DNA of 64,000 nucleotides from positions 3,071-67,070 of the forward strand of contig JAKSMC010000010.1 in the NCBI GenBank assembly GCA_024400835.1, written 5' to 3'. Shown here piece after piece: positions 33,037-42,252 of this stretch; position 1 is the stretch's first letter, and each line of letters starts with the position of its first letter. The notes under the pieces were generated by a model. That model saw nothing but the letters and a program-made list of their open reading frames with translations, did no database searches and was not told where the DNA came from. This stretch comes from Bacteroidales bacterium (GTDB lineage: Bacteria; Bacteroidota; Bacteroidia; Bacteroidales; WCHB1-69). The translations under genes were made by a program, and so were the position numbers.

Positions 33037-36000
33037 ATGAAAAAAATCTTACTAACATTAGTTTTGCTGATAGGCATTGTGGTCGGGCTGTTTGCCCAGA
33101 AGCTGACCTATCAGGCGGTTATTCGAGACAATAACCAGCAATTAGTGGTGAACACGGCCGTGAAGGCAACCGTCACCATCACATTCACCACGGGCGTTCC
33201 GTACGCTGAGGAGGTGAACGGCAGTACTAATATCCACGGTCTGCTCTCCTTCGAGTTTGGAGACGAAACGCTGGCCGGACGCGACTGGACGGGTGCGACC
33301 ATCGCCGTGAAGGTGGTGAACGCAGCCACACCAAGCACGGTGTATGTGAACGACGAGGCGCGTCCCGTTTCCGCAGTGCCTTACGCACTGAACGTGAACG
33401 GACAGTCTATCCAAAACTACCTGACAGAGCACAATTATGTGGATGAAACGGAATTGGACAGCCGCCACTATCTGACCTCTGATAGCGCTGTGATTACCAC
33501 GATGCAAGGCAACATTGCGAATCTGACGCAGCACACCACCAAAAGCGCCATCCGCGACAGCGTGGCAGGCCAGATTCATGACAGCATTTCTAATATGGCG
33601 AATGTTTCCCATATCCACACCAATAAGGATTTGCTTGATACATACAACCAAACTAACGCCGACTTGGCGGATGCCGTAGCCAAAAAGCACGCGCACGACA
33701 ATGCCGCTGTTTTAGCTGCGACCACAGCACCATACACCGATGCCGACAGTATCAAATTGAAGGGTATTGCAGAAGGTGCTGAAGTGAATGTGCAGGCTGA
33801 CTGGAACCAGAGCACTACCACAGCTGATGACTACATCAAGAACAAGCCGACGATTCCGACGGTTCCGACCAATGTTTCTGCCTTCAACAACGATGCCGGT
33901 TATATCACCGCCACGGACGTTCCCGCACAGGTGAACGCTGATTGGAATGCCACAAGCGGAACGGCACAAATATTAAACAAACCGGAACTCTTCAGCGGCA
34001 ACTACAATGATTTGTCCAACAAACCGACGATTCCTGCCGCAGCCAACAACGCGACACTGACCATCCAGAAAAATGGAACTTCTGTGGGCACCTTTACCGC
34101 CGACGCCTCTTCTGACAAGAGCATAAACATCACGATACCTACCACCACGAGCGAGTTGACGAACAACAGCGGGTTCATTACCACTGCCAATGTTCCTACC
34201 AATGTGAGCCAGTTGAACAACGATGCAGGCTATGTGAGCAACAGCAACTGTCCGACGGTTGACCTTTGCGAATTATATAATATGATGACGTCTTTGCAAA
34301 ATACTATTGCCCGTCAGGACAGCATGATCAACGCGCTGAACAACGAACACCATTCGTTCACCTGCGGCACCTCTACGGTTTCCGACCACGAAGGCAATGT
34401 GTATAACACCGTGAAGATAGGCACCCAGTGCTGGATGGCCCAGAACCTGAGAACTTCTACAAATGCCGCAGGTGCAGGCAATATTTACACTCCTACAGCT
34501 TCTGAAGTGCCTGGTTATGACGTAAACACCTACGGCCGCCTCTATGACTGGGCAGCCGTGATGCAGGGCGCTTCATCCAGTGATGCTGTTCCTTCTGGTG
34601 TGCAGGGCATCTGTCCTACCGGCTGGCACGTGCCAAGCGACGCGGAGTGGACGCAGCTTACCACCTACGTGAAAAGCAAGTCCGAGTATCAATGTGACGG
34701 CGCTGACAATATTGCCAATGCGTTGTCCGCTGCCATAGGGTGGAGTTACAATACCAGCGAAGGTTGTTATGCGGGCAGTATCAGTAGCACAATAAACCTC
34801 ACAGGTTTTTCGGCCGTTCCCGCCGGCTTATACAATGTCCGTTCCTTAGATTTTAGCCACAGCGCCTTCTTTTGGAGTACTACCGAGTCCGATAGCAACA
34901 ACGCGTACTACCGTAACCTGAGCAGCAATGACGCCGAAGTGTCCCGCTGGGACTTCTCTAAGGATTACGGTCACTCTGTCCGCTGTCTCCGCGATGCGAG
35001 CATTGGCGGTGGTGATAACCCTTCCGAACCGGCAACGATGAGCTGTGAACAGGTGATGGAATGTATGGGCGACACCCTCGGCCAACTCAACGCGAAGATA
35101 GAAGCACAGGGTGCTGAAATTGAAACACTGAATGGCACTGTAACCTCACAAGGCAACACCATTGACAGCCTCGCTCACTTGGTTGACTCCCTCTCCAACC
35201 TTCCACACGGCGGCAACACTCCAGCCACATTCACCTGCGGTTCTTCCAAGGTCAAGGACGTTGACAACAACGAATACAACACCGTGGCCATCGGCAACCA
35301 GTGCTGGCTGAAGGAGAATCTGAGAACGAAGACACTTCAATACGGCCAAGTATGGACTAAAACAGATGTGGATTCCGCAATCTACGGTCGCTACTATGAT
35401 TGGCAAGCCGCAATGCAGATTGAACAAGGTAATAGTACGAGTTATACCGCAGGAGATAAGCATCGCGGCATCTGTCCTGCCGGCTGGCACGTGCCGAGCG
35501 ATGCGGAGTGGACTGCACTGACCGACTACGTGAAAAGCAAGTCCGAGTATCAATGCGGCGGCAATGCTGCAAATATCGCCAAGGCGTTGTCCCAACCTAC
35601 GGGGTGGAGCAATACTGATACAGGTTGCAATGCGGGCAACACGGGCGACAAAGCGAACGCCACCGGCTTTTCGGCTGTTCCCGCAGGTCTTTGCTTCTAC
35701 GGCAGTTTCGAAGATTTCGGCGACGACGCCTGCTTCTGGAGTGCTACCCAGGACGATGACTTCGACGCTTGGTGTCGGAGCCTGTACAGCAACGCCTCCT
35801 ACGTGGTCAGTAGATCCGCCACTGGGGAGTACGGTTTTTCCGTCCGCTGTCTCCGCGATGCGGGCGTGGGCGGCACGCCGGGCGAAAACGAGACTGGTGG
35901 CACAACGCCCTCCGCACCGGCAATGATGAGCTGCGAGCAGGTGATGGAATGTATGGGAGACACCCTCGGCAGACTCAACGCGAAGATAGAGGCACAGGGC

Positions 36001-37740
36001 AATACTATCGACTCTCTCGCCAACTCGGTTGACTCCCTCTCCCGCCTCATCCCTGACTCGCCCGGCATCCCGACTGACACGTTCATCTGCGGCACCTCTA
36101 CTGTGACGGACCACGAGGGCAACGTCTATAACACGGTGCAGATTGGCGACCAGTGCTGGACGAGGGAGAACATGCGCTGTACGACCTCCCCGAGCACGGG
36201 TACCAACATCCTGGAGTTTCCTGCCAGCAGTTACACGTATTCAGGCAAGAAGGCGTACTACCCGAATGACGACGCCTCCAATGTGGCCACATACGGTCTG
36301 CTATACAACTGGAATGCCGCAGTGGATACCTTCAACACGGCGTATGGAGAGACGAGCACAAATACCAGTTTAAGCAATGCGGTAAGTGTTACGTTCAGTG
36401 GCAACCGCAGAGGCATCTGCCCCGTTGGCTGGCACGTGCCGAGCGATGCGGAATGGACACAGCTGACCACGTATGTGGGCAGCCAGAGCGAATACGTGTG
36501 CGGCAGCGACAACACGAACATTGCCAAGGCCTTGGCCTCCACCACGGGCTGGAGCAGCAATTCTAACGATTATGTTCCAGGCAACGACCCATCAACGAAC
36601 AACGCCACCGGCTTTTCTGCCGTTCCCGCTGGCAACTATAGCGGTAGCTACCTCGCTTTCGGCAACTACGCGTATTTCTGGTCCGCTACCCGGAGCACTA
36701 GCAACACCGCCTACAACCGAACCTTGTACTACAATAACGCCAACGTGAACAGCGGCTACCACGCTAAGTACTACGGCTACTCTGTCCGTTGTCTTCGCGA
36801 TGGCGGCGTTGGTGGTGCGCCTGCGACCAACGAGAGCGGCAGCGCGGGCAACGCCGGTGGCAGTCCCGACAGCGGCTGCTGCACCGAGCTTGGCGCACGC
36901 ATGGACAGCCTGCAGAACGTGATTGATGGATTGCAGAATACCGTCTCTTCCCAGGACAGCGTGATCAACGCACTGAACAACGAACTCCACCCATTTGTCT
37001 GCGGCACCTCCAAGGTGACGGACCACGAGGGCAACGTCTATAACACGGTGCAGGTAGGCGACCAGTGCTGGACGAAGGAGAATATGCGCTGCACGACCTC
37101 TCCGAGCACGGGAACCAGCATATTGGAGTATCCTGCCAGCAGTTATTCCTACACGGGAAAGAATGCGTACTACCCGAATGACAACGCCTCCAATGTGGCC
37201 ACCTACGGTTTGTTGTACAACTGGTGTGCTGCGGTGGATACGTTCAACACGGCGTATGGGGAGACGAGCACGAACACTGAGTACAGCAATGCGCCAAGCG
37301 TTACGTTTGGCGGCAACCGCAGAGGCATCTGCCCCGTTGGCTGGCACGTGCCGAGCAATGCAGAGTGGGACACACTGACCAGCTATGTAAAGTCACAATC
37401 GCAATATGTAAGCGAAGGTTGTACGGGTACGGATAATGCTAATAGTACCTATTGCATAGCCAAGGCGTTGGCTTCCACCACGGGCTGGAGCAGCAATTCT
37501 AACGATTATGTTCCAGGCAACGACCCATCAACGAACAACGCCACCGGCTTTTCTGCCGTTCCCGCTGGCGTCTACGGCGGCAGCTACGGCCGTTTCGGCA
37601 ACGACGCGTATTTCTGGTCCGCTACCCAGAACTCTAGCAGAAACGCGTACGACCGCGGCCTGGACTATGGCACCACCCTCGTGGACCGCTACGGCAGCAG
37701 TAAGTTCCTCGGCTTTTCCGTCCGCTGTCTCCGCGATTAG
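33037..37740 (+). CDS. Giant (1567 aa) secreted fibre-like protein with four FISUMP lectin-like modules
   Basis: A signal peptide is followed by the N-terminal KLTYQAVIRDNN module. A tail-fibre-like region follows (SHIHTNKDLLD, KHAHDN, NKPTIP..NNDAGYIT repeats). Four modules of the form F.CG.S.V.D..GN.YNTV.IG.QCW...VRCLRD then lie at nt 34357-34995, 35230-35859, 36082-36801 and 36994-37737, separated by coiled-coil-like linkers. Confidence 0.85.
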   Translation: MKKILLTLVLLIGIVVGLFAQKLTYQAVIRDNNQQLVVNTAVKATVTITFTTGVPYAEEVNGSTNIHGLLSFEFGDETLAGRDWTGATIAVKVVNAATPSTVYVNDEARPVSAVPYALNVNGQSIQNYLTEHNYVDETELDSRHYLTSDSAVITTMQGNIANLTQHTTKSAIRDSVAGQIHDSISNMANVSHIHTNKDLLDTYNQTNADLADAVAKKHAHDNAAVLAATTAPYTDADSIKLKGIAEGAEVNVQADWNQSTTTADDYIKNKPTIPTVPTNVSAFNNDAGYITATDVPAQVNADWNATSGTAQILNKPELFSGNYNDLSNKPTIPAAANNATLTIQKNGTSVGTFTADASSDKSINITIPTTTSELTNNSGFITTANVPTNVSQLNNDAGYVSNSNCPTVDLCELYNMMTSLQNTIARQDSMINALNNEHHSFTCGTSTVSDHEGNVYNTVKIGTQCWMAQNLRTSTNAAGAGNIYTPTASEVPGYDVNTYGRLYDWAAVMQGASSSDAVPSGVQGICPTGWHVPSDAEWTQLTTYVKSKSEYQCDGADNIANALSAAIGWSYNTSEGCYAGSISSTINLTGFSAVPAGLYNVRSLDFSHSAFFWSTTESDSNNAYYRNLSSNDAEVSRWDFSKDYGHSVRCLRDASIGGGDNPSEPATMSCEQVMECMGDTLGQLNAKIEAQGAEIETLNGTVTSQGNTIDSLAHLVDSLSNLPHGGNTPATFTCGSSKVKDVDNNEYNTVAIGNQCWLKENLRTKTLQYGQVWTKTDVDSAIYGRYYDWQAAMQIEQGNSTSYTAGDKHRGICPAGWHVPSDAEWTALTDYVKSKSEYQCGGNAANIAKALSQPTGWSNTDTGCNAGNTGDKANATGFSAVPAGLCFYGSFEDFGDDACFWSATQDDDFDAWCRSLYSNASYVVSRSATGEYGFSVRCLRDAGVGGTPGENETGGTTPSAPAMMSCEQVMECMGDTLGRLNAKIEAQGNTIDSLANSVDSLSRLIPDSPGIPTDTFICGTSTVTDHEGNVYNTVQIGDQCWTRENMRCTTSPSTGTNILEFPASSYTYSGKKAYYPNDDASNVATYGLLYNWNAAVDTFNTAYGETSTNTSLSNAVSVTFSGNRRGICPVGWHVPSDAEWTQLTTYVGSQSEYVCGSDNTNIAKALASTTGWSSNSNDYVPGNDPSTNNATGFSAVPAGNYSGSYLAFGNYAYFWSATRSTSNTAYNRTLYYNNANVNSGYHAKYYGYSVRCLRDGGVGGAPATNESGSAGNAGGSPDSGCCTELGARMDSLQNVIDGLQNTVSSQDSVINALNNELHPFVCGTSKVTDHEGNVYNTVQVGDQCWTKENMRCTTSPSTGTSILEYPASSYSYTGKNAYYPNDNASNVATYGLLYNWCAAVDTFNTAYGETSTNTEYSNAPSVTFGGNRRGICPVGWHVPSNAEWDTLTSYVKSQSQYVSEGCTGTDNANSTYCIAKALASTTGWSSNSNDYVPGNDPSTNNATGFSAVPAGVYGGSYGRFGNDAYFWSATQNSSRNAYDRGLDYGTTLVDRYGSSKFLGFSVRCLRD
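36082..37737 (+). repeat. Recent tandem duplication (period ~912 nt) forming FISUMP modules 3 and 4
   Basis: 36082-36801 and 36994-37737 are near-identical over their first ~340 nt and over the block CCATCAACGAACAACGCCACCGGCTTTTCTGCCGTTCCCGCTGGC. They diverge in the last ~170 nt. The linkers at 35038-35112 and 35927-36001 are also near-identical. Confidence 0.85.
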
Positions 37741-37775
37741 ACAAATCGATAATTGACAATTGAGAATTGACAATA

Positions 37776-37810
37776 GGGCTTCGTGCGTGTTTCGTGCGAA
37801 GCCCTTTTTC
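37776..37810 (+). terminator. Intrinsic terminator of the giant FISUMP gene
   Basis: GGGCTTCGTGCG-tgttt-CGTGCGAAGCCC (two G-U pairs), followed by TTTTTC. Confidence 0.7.
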
Positions 37811-37860
37811 TTGATCGGCAGTGCATCGTCATTCCGTGGCGATGCGGAGGAATCTCTTGA

Positions 37861-37911
37861 CAAGACCGACGGCAGGAGCTCGAAGCGGAATCTCCACAAT
37901 ATACTGCTGAG
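37861..37911 (+). repeat. Copy 2 of the 51-nt direct repeat bracketing the FISUMP gene pair
   Basis: CAAGACCGACGGCAGGAGCTCGAAGCGGAATCTCCACAATATACTGCTGAG. Confidence 0.8.
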
Positions 37912-37973
37912 TTGATTCGAAAGACGAGAAGAATGGCAATGAATATTATTTACCGCCTTATCACAATTTTTGA

Positions 37974-37981
37974 TATTTTTG
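37974..37981 (+). promoter_or_regulatory. Putative -7 box for ispD
   Basis: TATTTTTG, 23 nt upstream of ATG 38004. Confidence 0.5.
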
Positions 37982-38003
37982 CGCTCTTTTGAAATTTTCA
38001 GCT

Positions 38004-38690
38004 ATGAAGAATGTTGCGATTTTAATGGCGGCGGGCAAAGGCACCCGTATGGGCAGCGAGGTCCCCAAACAGTTTGTGGCAGTAAACGGGAAGATGTTGA
38101 TGGAGTACTCATTGCAAGTTTTCCAGGATCATCCGCGCATTGACGAGATTGTGGTGGTGCTTCCCGCCGACTATCTGGAAGTGGAGGAAGTGCTGACCTA
38201 TCTGTTCACCTACTATCCCAAGGTCACGCAGGTGCTGGCCGGAGGCAAGGAACGCTTCGAGTCGTCCTGGGCGGCCATCCAGTGGTTCGTCGAGCGCCGT
38301 GACGACAACCTCTTGCTGCACGACGCGGCCCGCCCCGGCATCACTTCACGCATCATTGACGACTTGCTGGACACCTTGCAGCACGAGCAGGCGGCTGTTA
38401 CCGCTATGCCCGCTACCGACACGGTGCTGCGCGTCGGCGCCGACGGCAGCCTTGTGGAGACACTCAACCGCAGCGAACTCTTTTACGCCCAGACACCCCA
38501 GGCTTTCCGCGCCGGACTGCTCTACGATTGCTTTATCGATTTGATAGAAAAAGACGATGGCTTCGTGCCTACCGACGAGAGCGGGGTGGTGGCCCATTAC
38601 CGTCCGGATGTGCCCATCAAAATCGTACATGGCGACTCCCGGAATTTCAAAGTCACCTATGCTGAAGACGTTCAGCGTATCTTGGACTAA
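38004..38690 (+). CDS. ispD: 2-C-methyl-D-erythritol 4-phosphate cytidylyltransferase
   Basis: AILMAAGKGTRMGSEVPKQF and AQTPQAF motifs. The ORF-track start (37989) is TTG; ATG 38004 is preferred. Confidence 0.9.
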   Translation: MKNVAILMAAGKGTRMGSEVPKQFVAVNGKMLMEYSLQVFQDHPRIDEIVVVLPADYLEVEEVLTYLFTYYPKVTQVLAGGKERFESSWAAIQWFVERRDDNLLLHDAARPGITSRIIDDLLDTLQHEQAAVTAMPATDTVLRVGADGSLVETLNRSELFYAQTPQAFRAGLLYDCFIDLIEKDDGFVPTDESGVVAHYRPDVPIKIVHGDSRNFKVTYAEDVQRILD

Positions 38691-38714
38691 TTATTAAGAA
38701 ATCTATGTTTATTA

Positions 38715-38740
38715 CAAAGCCATAGCATTCTATGGCTTTG
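38715..38740 (+). terminator. Hairpin after ispD
   Basis: CAAAGCCATA-gcattc-TATGGCTTTG. Confidence 0.55.
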
Positions 38741-38753
38741 TGTCTATTTTGCG

Positions 38754-38761
38754 TACTTTTG
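38754..38761 (+). promoter_or_regulatory. Putative -7 box for the SulP transporter gene
   Basis: TACTTTTG, 19 nt upstream of ATG 38780. Confidence 0.5.
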
Positions 38762-38779
38762 CGCCCTAAATTTTAACTC

Positions 38780-40504
38780 ATGAATAAACTCTCAACTACA
38801 AATCTCAAAGGAGATATTTTTGGAGGCATCACGGCGGGCATAGTTGCCCTTCCGTTGGCCTTGGCGTTTGGTATTCAAGCATTTGGTGTAATTGACGTAC
38901 AAGACGTCCCCAATATCGGGGCGGTCGGCGCGCTCGCCGGCCTTGTCGGTGCGATGATGATCGGCTTCTTCGCCGCACTCTTCGGCGGAACACCGTCGCA
39001 AATCAGCGGCCCCACCGGCCCGATGACCGTGATTACGGCAACTTTGATCTCCGGAATCTGGTCGTCAACCACATCCCCGACTATCGAATCAGTCCTCATC
39101 ACTATGTCTGTGGCCGGTATGCTGTGCGGCCTTTTCCAAATGCTGTTCGGCTTCCTGAAAATCGGGAAATACATCCGATACATTCCCTATCCGGTGCTCT
39201 CCGGCTTTATGAGCGGTATCGGCATCATCATCATCCTGCAGCAGATTTACCCGCTTTTCGGTATGAAATCGCCTGTGCTGATTGTGGATATGATCACGCA
39301 ACTCCCCGCCAAAATCGGCGGCTACGACTTGTACGCGCTGCTGTTCGGCCTGGCCACGATTGCCATCATCTATCTCTTCCCCTTGATAACCAAAAAGGTG
39401 CCGGCAACATTAGTAGCTCTGATTGTGGTTACCGTTGTTTCCGTCTTTGTCAAGAACTTCAATCCGGCCCTGACCATTGGCGAAATCCCGTCGGGCTTGC
39501 CGCTGCCGGTCTTTGCCCAGTTCTCCTTGAAGGGCGTTGCGTGGGGCACCGTGCTGAAAACGGCTGCCATTCCGGCCCTGACACTGGCTGGTTTGGGCTC
39601 TATTGACACACTGCTCACTTCTGTGGTCGCCGACAATATTACGAAAACCAAGCACAATAGCAACAAGGAACTCATCGGCCAGGGTGTCGGCAACTTCTTC
39701 GCCGGTCTGTTCTGCGGCATTGGTGGCGCCGGTGCTACGATGAGAACGGTAGTGAATGTGAAAAGTGGCGGTCGTACGCGCCTGTCCGGTATTGTCCACG
39801 CACTGTTCCTGTTAGCCATCCTGCTCGGCCTCGGCCGCTTCGTGAAGTACGTGCCCCTGTCTGTGCTCTCCGGTATCCTGATCACTGTCGGTATCGGCAT
39901 TATCGACTTCAAAGGCCTGAAAGACCTGCCCAATATCCCGCGTGCTGACGCCGTGGTCCTCCTCACCGTCCTGTTCCTCACCGTGTTCGTCGATTTGCTC
40001 GTGGCTGTCGGCATCGGTATGATTATTGCCTGTGTGCTCTTTATGAAGCGCGCCGGCGACTTGGTGGAAAGCGGCTACAACGCCGGCGAAATCACTAAGT
40101 TCGATAAGGAACTTCCATGGGAAGATGAACAGGGACTGACGGATGAAATCAAACATCAGATTTACATCCAACGTTTGAACGGGCCTATCTTCTTCGGCTC
40201 AATCACTCGTTTCCAGGAAGTTATGCACGACGTTCCCGACAATGTCAAAGTCGTCATTATCCGTATGCGCCTGGTCAGCTTTATGGACCAATCCGGCTTG
40301 TATGCGATGGAAACAGCCATCAAGGATTTGCAGGAAAAAGGCGTTGAGGTGCTGATGACGATTATCCAACCGCAGCCGATGTATATGCTGACAAAGATGA
40401 ACGTGATACCGGCCATCGTTCCTCAAGAACACACTTTCCCGACGTTTGAGGACTGTACTGTCTATCTGGAACAAAAATTCAATCTGTCACGTAACAAAAA
40501 CTGA
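38780..40504 (+). CDS. SulP-family anion transporter with C-terminal STAS domain
   Basis: A polytopic N-terminal domain is followed by a STAS-like C-terminus: IYIQRLNGPIFFGS...VVIIRMRLVSFMDQSGLYAME. Confidence 0.85.
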   Translation: MNKLSTTNLKGDIFGGITAGIVALPLALAFGIQAFGVIDVQDVPNIGAVGALAGLVGAMMIGFFAALFGGTPSQISGPTGPMTVITATLISGIWSSTTSPTIESVLITMSVAGMLCGLFQMLFGFLKIGKYIRYIPYPVLSGFMSGIGIIIILQQIYPLFGMKSPVLIVDMITQLPAKIGGYDLYALLFGLATIAIIYLFPLITKKVPATLVALIVVTVVSVFVKNFNPALTIGEIPSGLPLPVFAQFSLKGVAWGTVLKTAAIPALTLAGLGSIDTLLTSVVADNITKTKHNSNKELIGQGVGNFFAGLFCGIGGAGATMRTVVNVKSGGRTRLSGIVHALFLLAILLGLGRFVKYVPLSVLSGILITVGIGIIDFKGLKDLPNIPRADAVVLLTVLFLTVFVDLLVAVGIGMIIACVLFMKRAGDLVESGYNAGEITKFDKELPWEDEQGLTDEIKHQIYIQRLNGPIFFGSITRFQEVMHDVPDNVKVVIIRMRLVSFMDQSGLYAMETAIKDLQEKGVEVLMTIIQPQPMYMLTKMNVIPAIVPQEHTFPTFEDCTVYLEQKFNLSRNKN

Positions 40505-40522
40505 TTTTTTGCGTTACGCAAA

Positions 40523-41026
40523 ATGCTTTTTTTAAATATGATAAAGAATAATATTTCGGAAGAAGACAGGAAGTTTATGCAGATGGCTATTGACCTCTCC
40601 GATAGCAATGTGGATGCCGGAGGAGGTCCTTTCGGTGCGGTCATCGTGCGCGAGGGCGAGGTGATTGCCGCTTCTGGCAATCGCGTGGTGCCCAACAACG
40701 ATCCTACCGCCCACGCGGAGGTTATGGCCATTCGCGAAGCCTGTCGGAAACTCGGCACATTCGACTTGAAAGGCTGCACGATTTATGCCTCCTGCGAGCC
40801 CTGCCCGATGTGCCTCAGCGCTATCTACTGGGCCGGCATTTCCAAAATCTATTATGCCAACACCAAGGCTGATGCCGCTGACATCGATTTCGACGACTCC
40901 TTCATTTATGACCAACTCGACCTTCCGATGGAGGAACGCTCCATTCCCTGTGTCCAAATGATGCGCGATGTAGCCATTCCTGTTTTTAGAAAATGGCGTG
41001 AAAAACCCGATAAAGTTGAATATTAG
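40523..41026 (+). CDS. CMP/dCMP-type zinc nucleoside deaminase (guanine/tRNA-adenosine deaminase-like)
   Basis: Zinc-binding motifs HAEVMAI and CEPCPMC. Confidence 0.8.
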   Translation: MLFLNMIKNNISEEDRKFMQMAIDLSDSNVDAGGGPFGAVIVREGEVIAASGNRVVPNNDPTAHAEVMAIREACRKLGTFDLKGCTIYASCEPCPMCLSAIYWAGISKIYYANTKADAADIDFDDSFIYDQLDLPMEERSIPCVQMMRDVAIPVFRKWREKPDKVEY

Positions 41027-41097
41027 TCTGATTTATTATAGGGCGAAATCAATATAGAACAGATAGAAAGTTATAAGGAAAAAGGATAACGCAGCAG

Positions 41098-42156
41098 ATG
41101 AAGATACTCAGCATTATAGGGGCGCGTCCCCAGTTTGTAAAGGCCGCCATGGTCAGTGCGGAAATTGACCGCGCAGACGGCGTGGAAGAGGTTCTGGTGC
41201 ACACGGGCCAGCATTTCGACGCCAATATGTCGCAGCTCTTCTTTGACGAGATGGGCATGCGTGAGCCGGATTACAACCTGGGCGTCCATTCGCTGCCCCA
41301 CGAGGAACTTGTCGCCCAGATGCAGGCCAAAATCGAGGCCGTCATCGCTGAGGTACACCCCGACTGGGTACTGGTCTATGGCGACACCGACTCTACTTTG
41401 GCGGGCGCGCAGGCCGCCCACGCTTGCGGCATCCGACTCTGCCACGTGGAGGCAGGGCTTCGCTCGTTCAACAACCAGATGCGCGAGGAGTATAACCGCA
41501 TTCAGACCGACAAACTCAGCGATGTCCTTTTTGTCCCTACTCGCCGCGCCATCCTGAATCTTCAAAATGAGGGCATTGACGACAGCAAAATCGTGCCGAC
41601 GGGCGATGTGATGAAGGATGCGGCCCTGTATTTCGCACAAAAGATGCGCAAACCCCAAGTGGATTTGCCCGAGCGCTTTGTCCTCTGCACGATGCACCGC
41701 GCTGAAAACACCGACAATCCCGACATTTTGAAGGAGTTGCTTCTGGCTTTGGAGATGATGTGCAACAGCATTCCGGTGGTGCTGCCCCTGCACCCGCGCA
41801 CGCGCCAGAAGATGCAGGCCATTGGCTACCCGATGGAGCAGTCGCCGATTACTTTCATAGAACCCGTGGGCTACTTGGAAATGCTCTATCTTCTGCACCA
41901 CTGCGCCCTGGTGATGACCGATAGCGGCGGCGTGCAGAAAGAGGCCTATTTCGCTCACAAATACTGCCTCACCCTCCGCGAAGAGACCGAATGGATGGAA
42001 CTTTGCGCCCGAGGCTACAACCATCTGTTAGGGCACAATCATGTGAATATCGTTTCCACTGCCCAAATGATTTTGGAATTGCCTCCCTTGTTTGCTGACG
42101 ACCTGTACGGCGACGGCCATGCGGCCCGCACCATCGTGGAAACCTTAATGAAATAA
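41098..42156 (+). CDS. wecB: UDP-N-acetylglucosamine 2-epimerase (non-hydrolysing)
   Basis: MKILSIIGARPQFVKAAMV, HVEAGLRSFN and TDSGGVQKEAYF are typical epimerase_2 blocks. Confidence 0.85.
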   Translation: MKILSIIGARPQFVKAAMVSAEIDRADGVEEVLVHTGQHFDANMSQLFFDEMGMREPDYNLGVHSLPHEELVAQMQAKIEAVIAEVHPDWVLVYGDTDSTLAGAQAAHACGIRLCHVEAGLRSFNNQMREEYNRIQTDKLSDVLFVPTRRAILNLQNEGIDDSKIVPTGDVMKDAALYFAQKMRKPQVDLPERFVLCTMHRAENTDNPDILKELLLALEMMCNSIPVVLPLHPRTRQKMQAIGYPMEQSPITFIEPVGYLEMLYLLHHCALVMTDSGGVQKEAYFAHKYCLTLREETEWMELCARGYNHLLGHNHVNIVSTAQMILELPPLFADDLYGDGHAARTIVETLMK

Positions 42157-42252
42157 GCTCAATATCACGAATGTGAAAGAACATTTTAGATTCGCCTGAA
42201 CGCAGAATAAATATTAATAATCATCATATAAAAACTATAAACAAATTTCAAA

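Noticed and set aside
36600-37737. Possible diversity-generating retroelement (DGR) target. The C-terminal ~55 codons of FISUMP module 3 are rich in AAC/AAT/TAC codons, end in SVRCLRD like C-type-lectin-fold variable regions, and differ strongly from the same stretch of module 4.
   Set aside because: Codon-by-codon comparison shows that only about 40 percent of the ~50 differences sit at adenines of one copy; many are T/C/G changes. No reverse transcriptase gene or separate template repeat is present in the window. This looks like ordinary divergence after duplication. It is only worth re-testing if an RT is found elsewhere in the genome.
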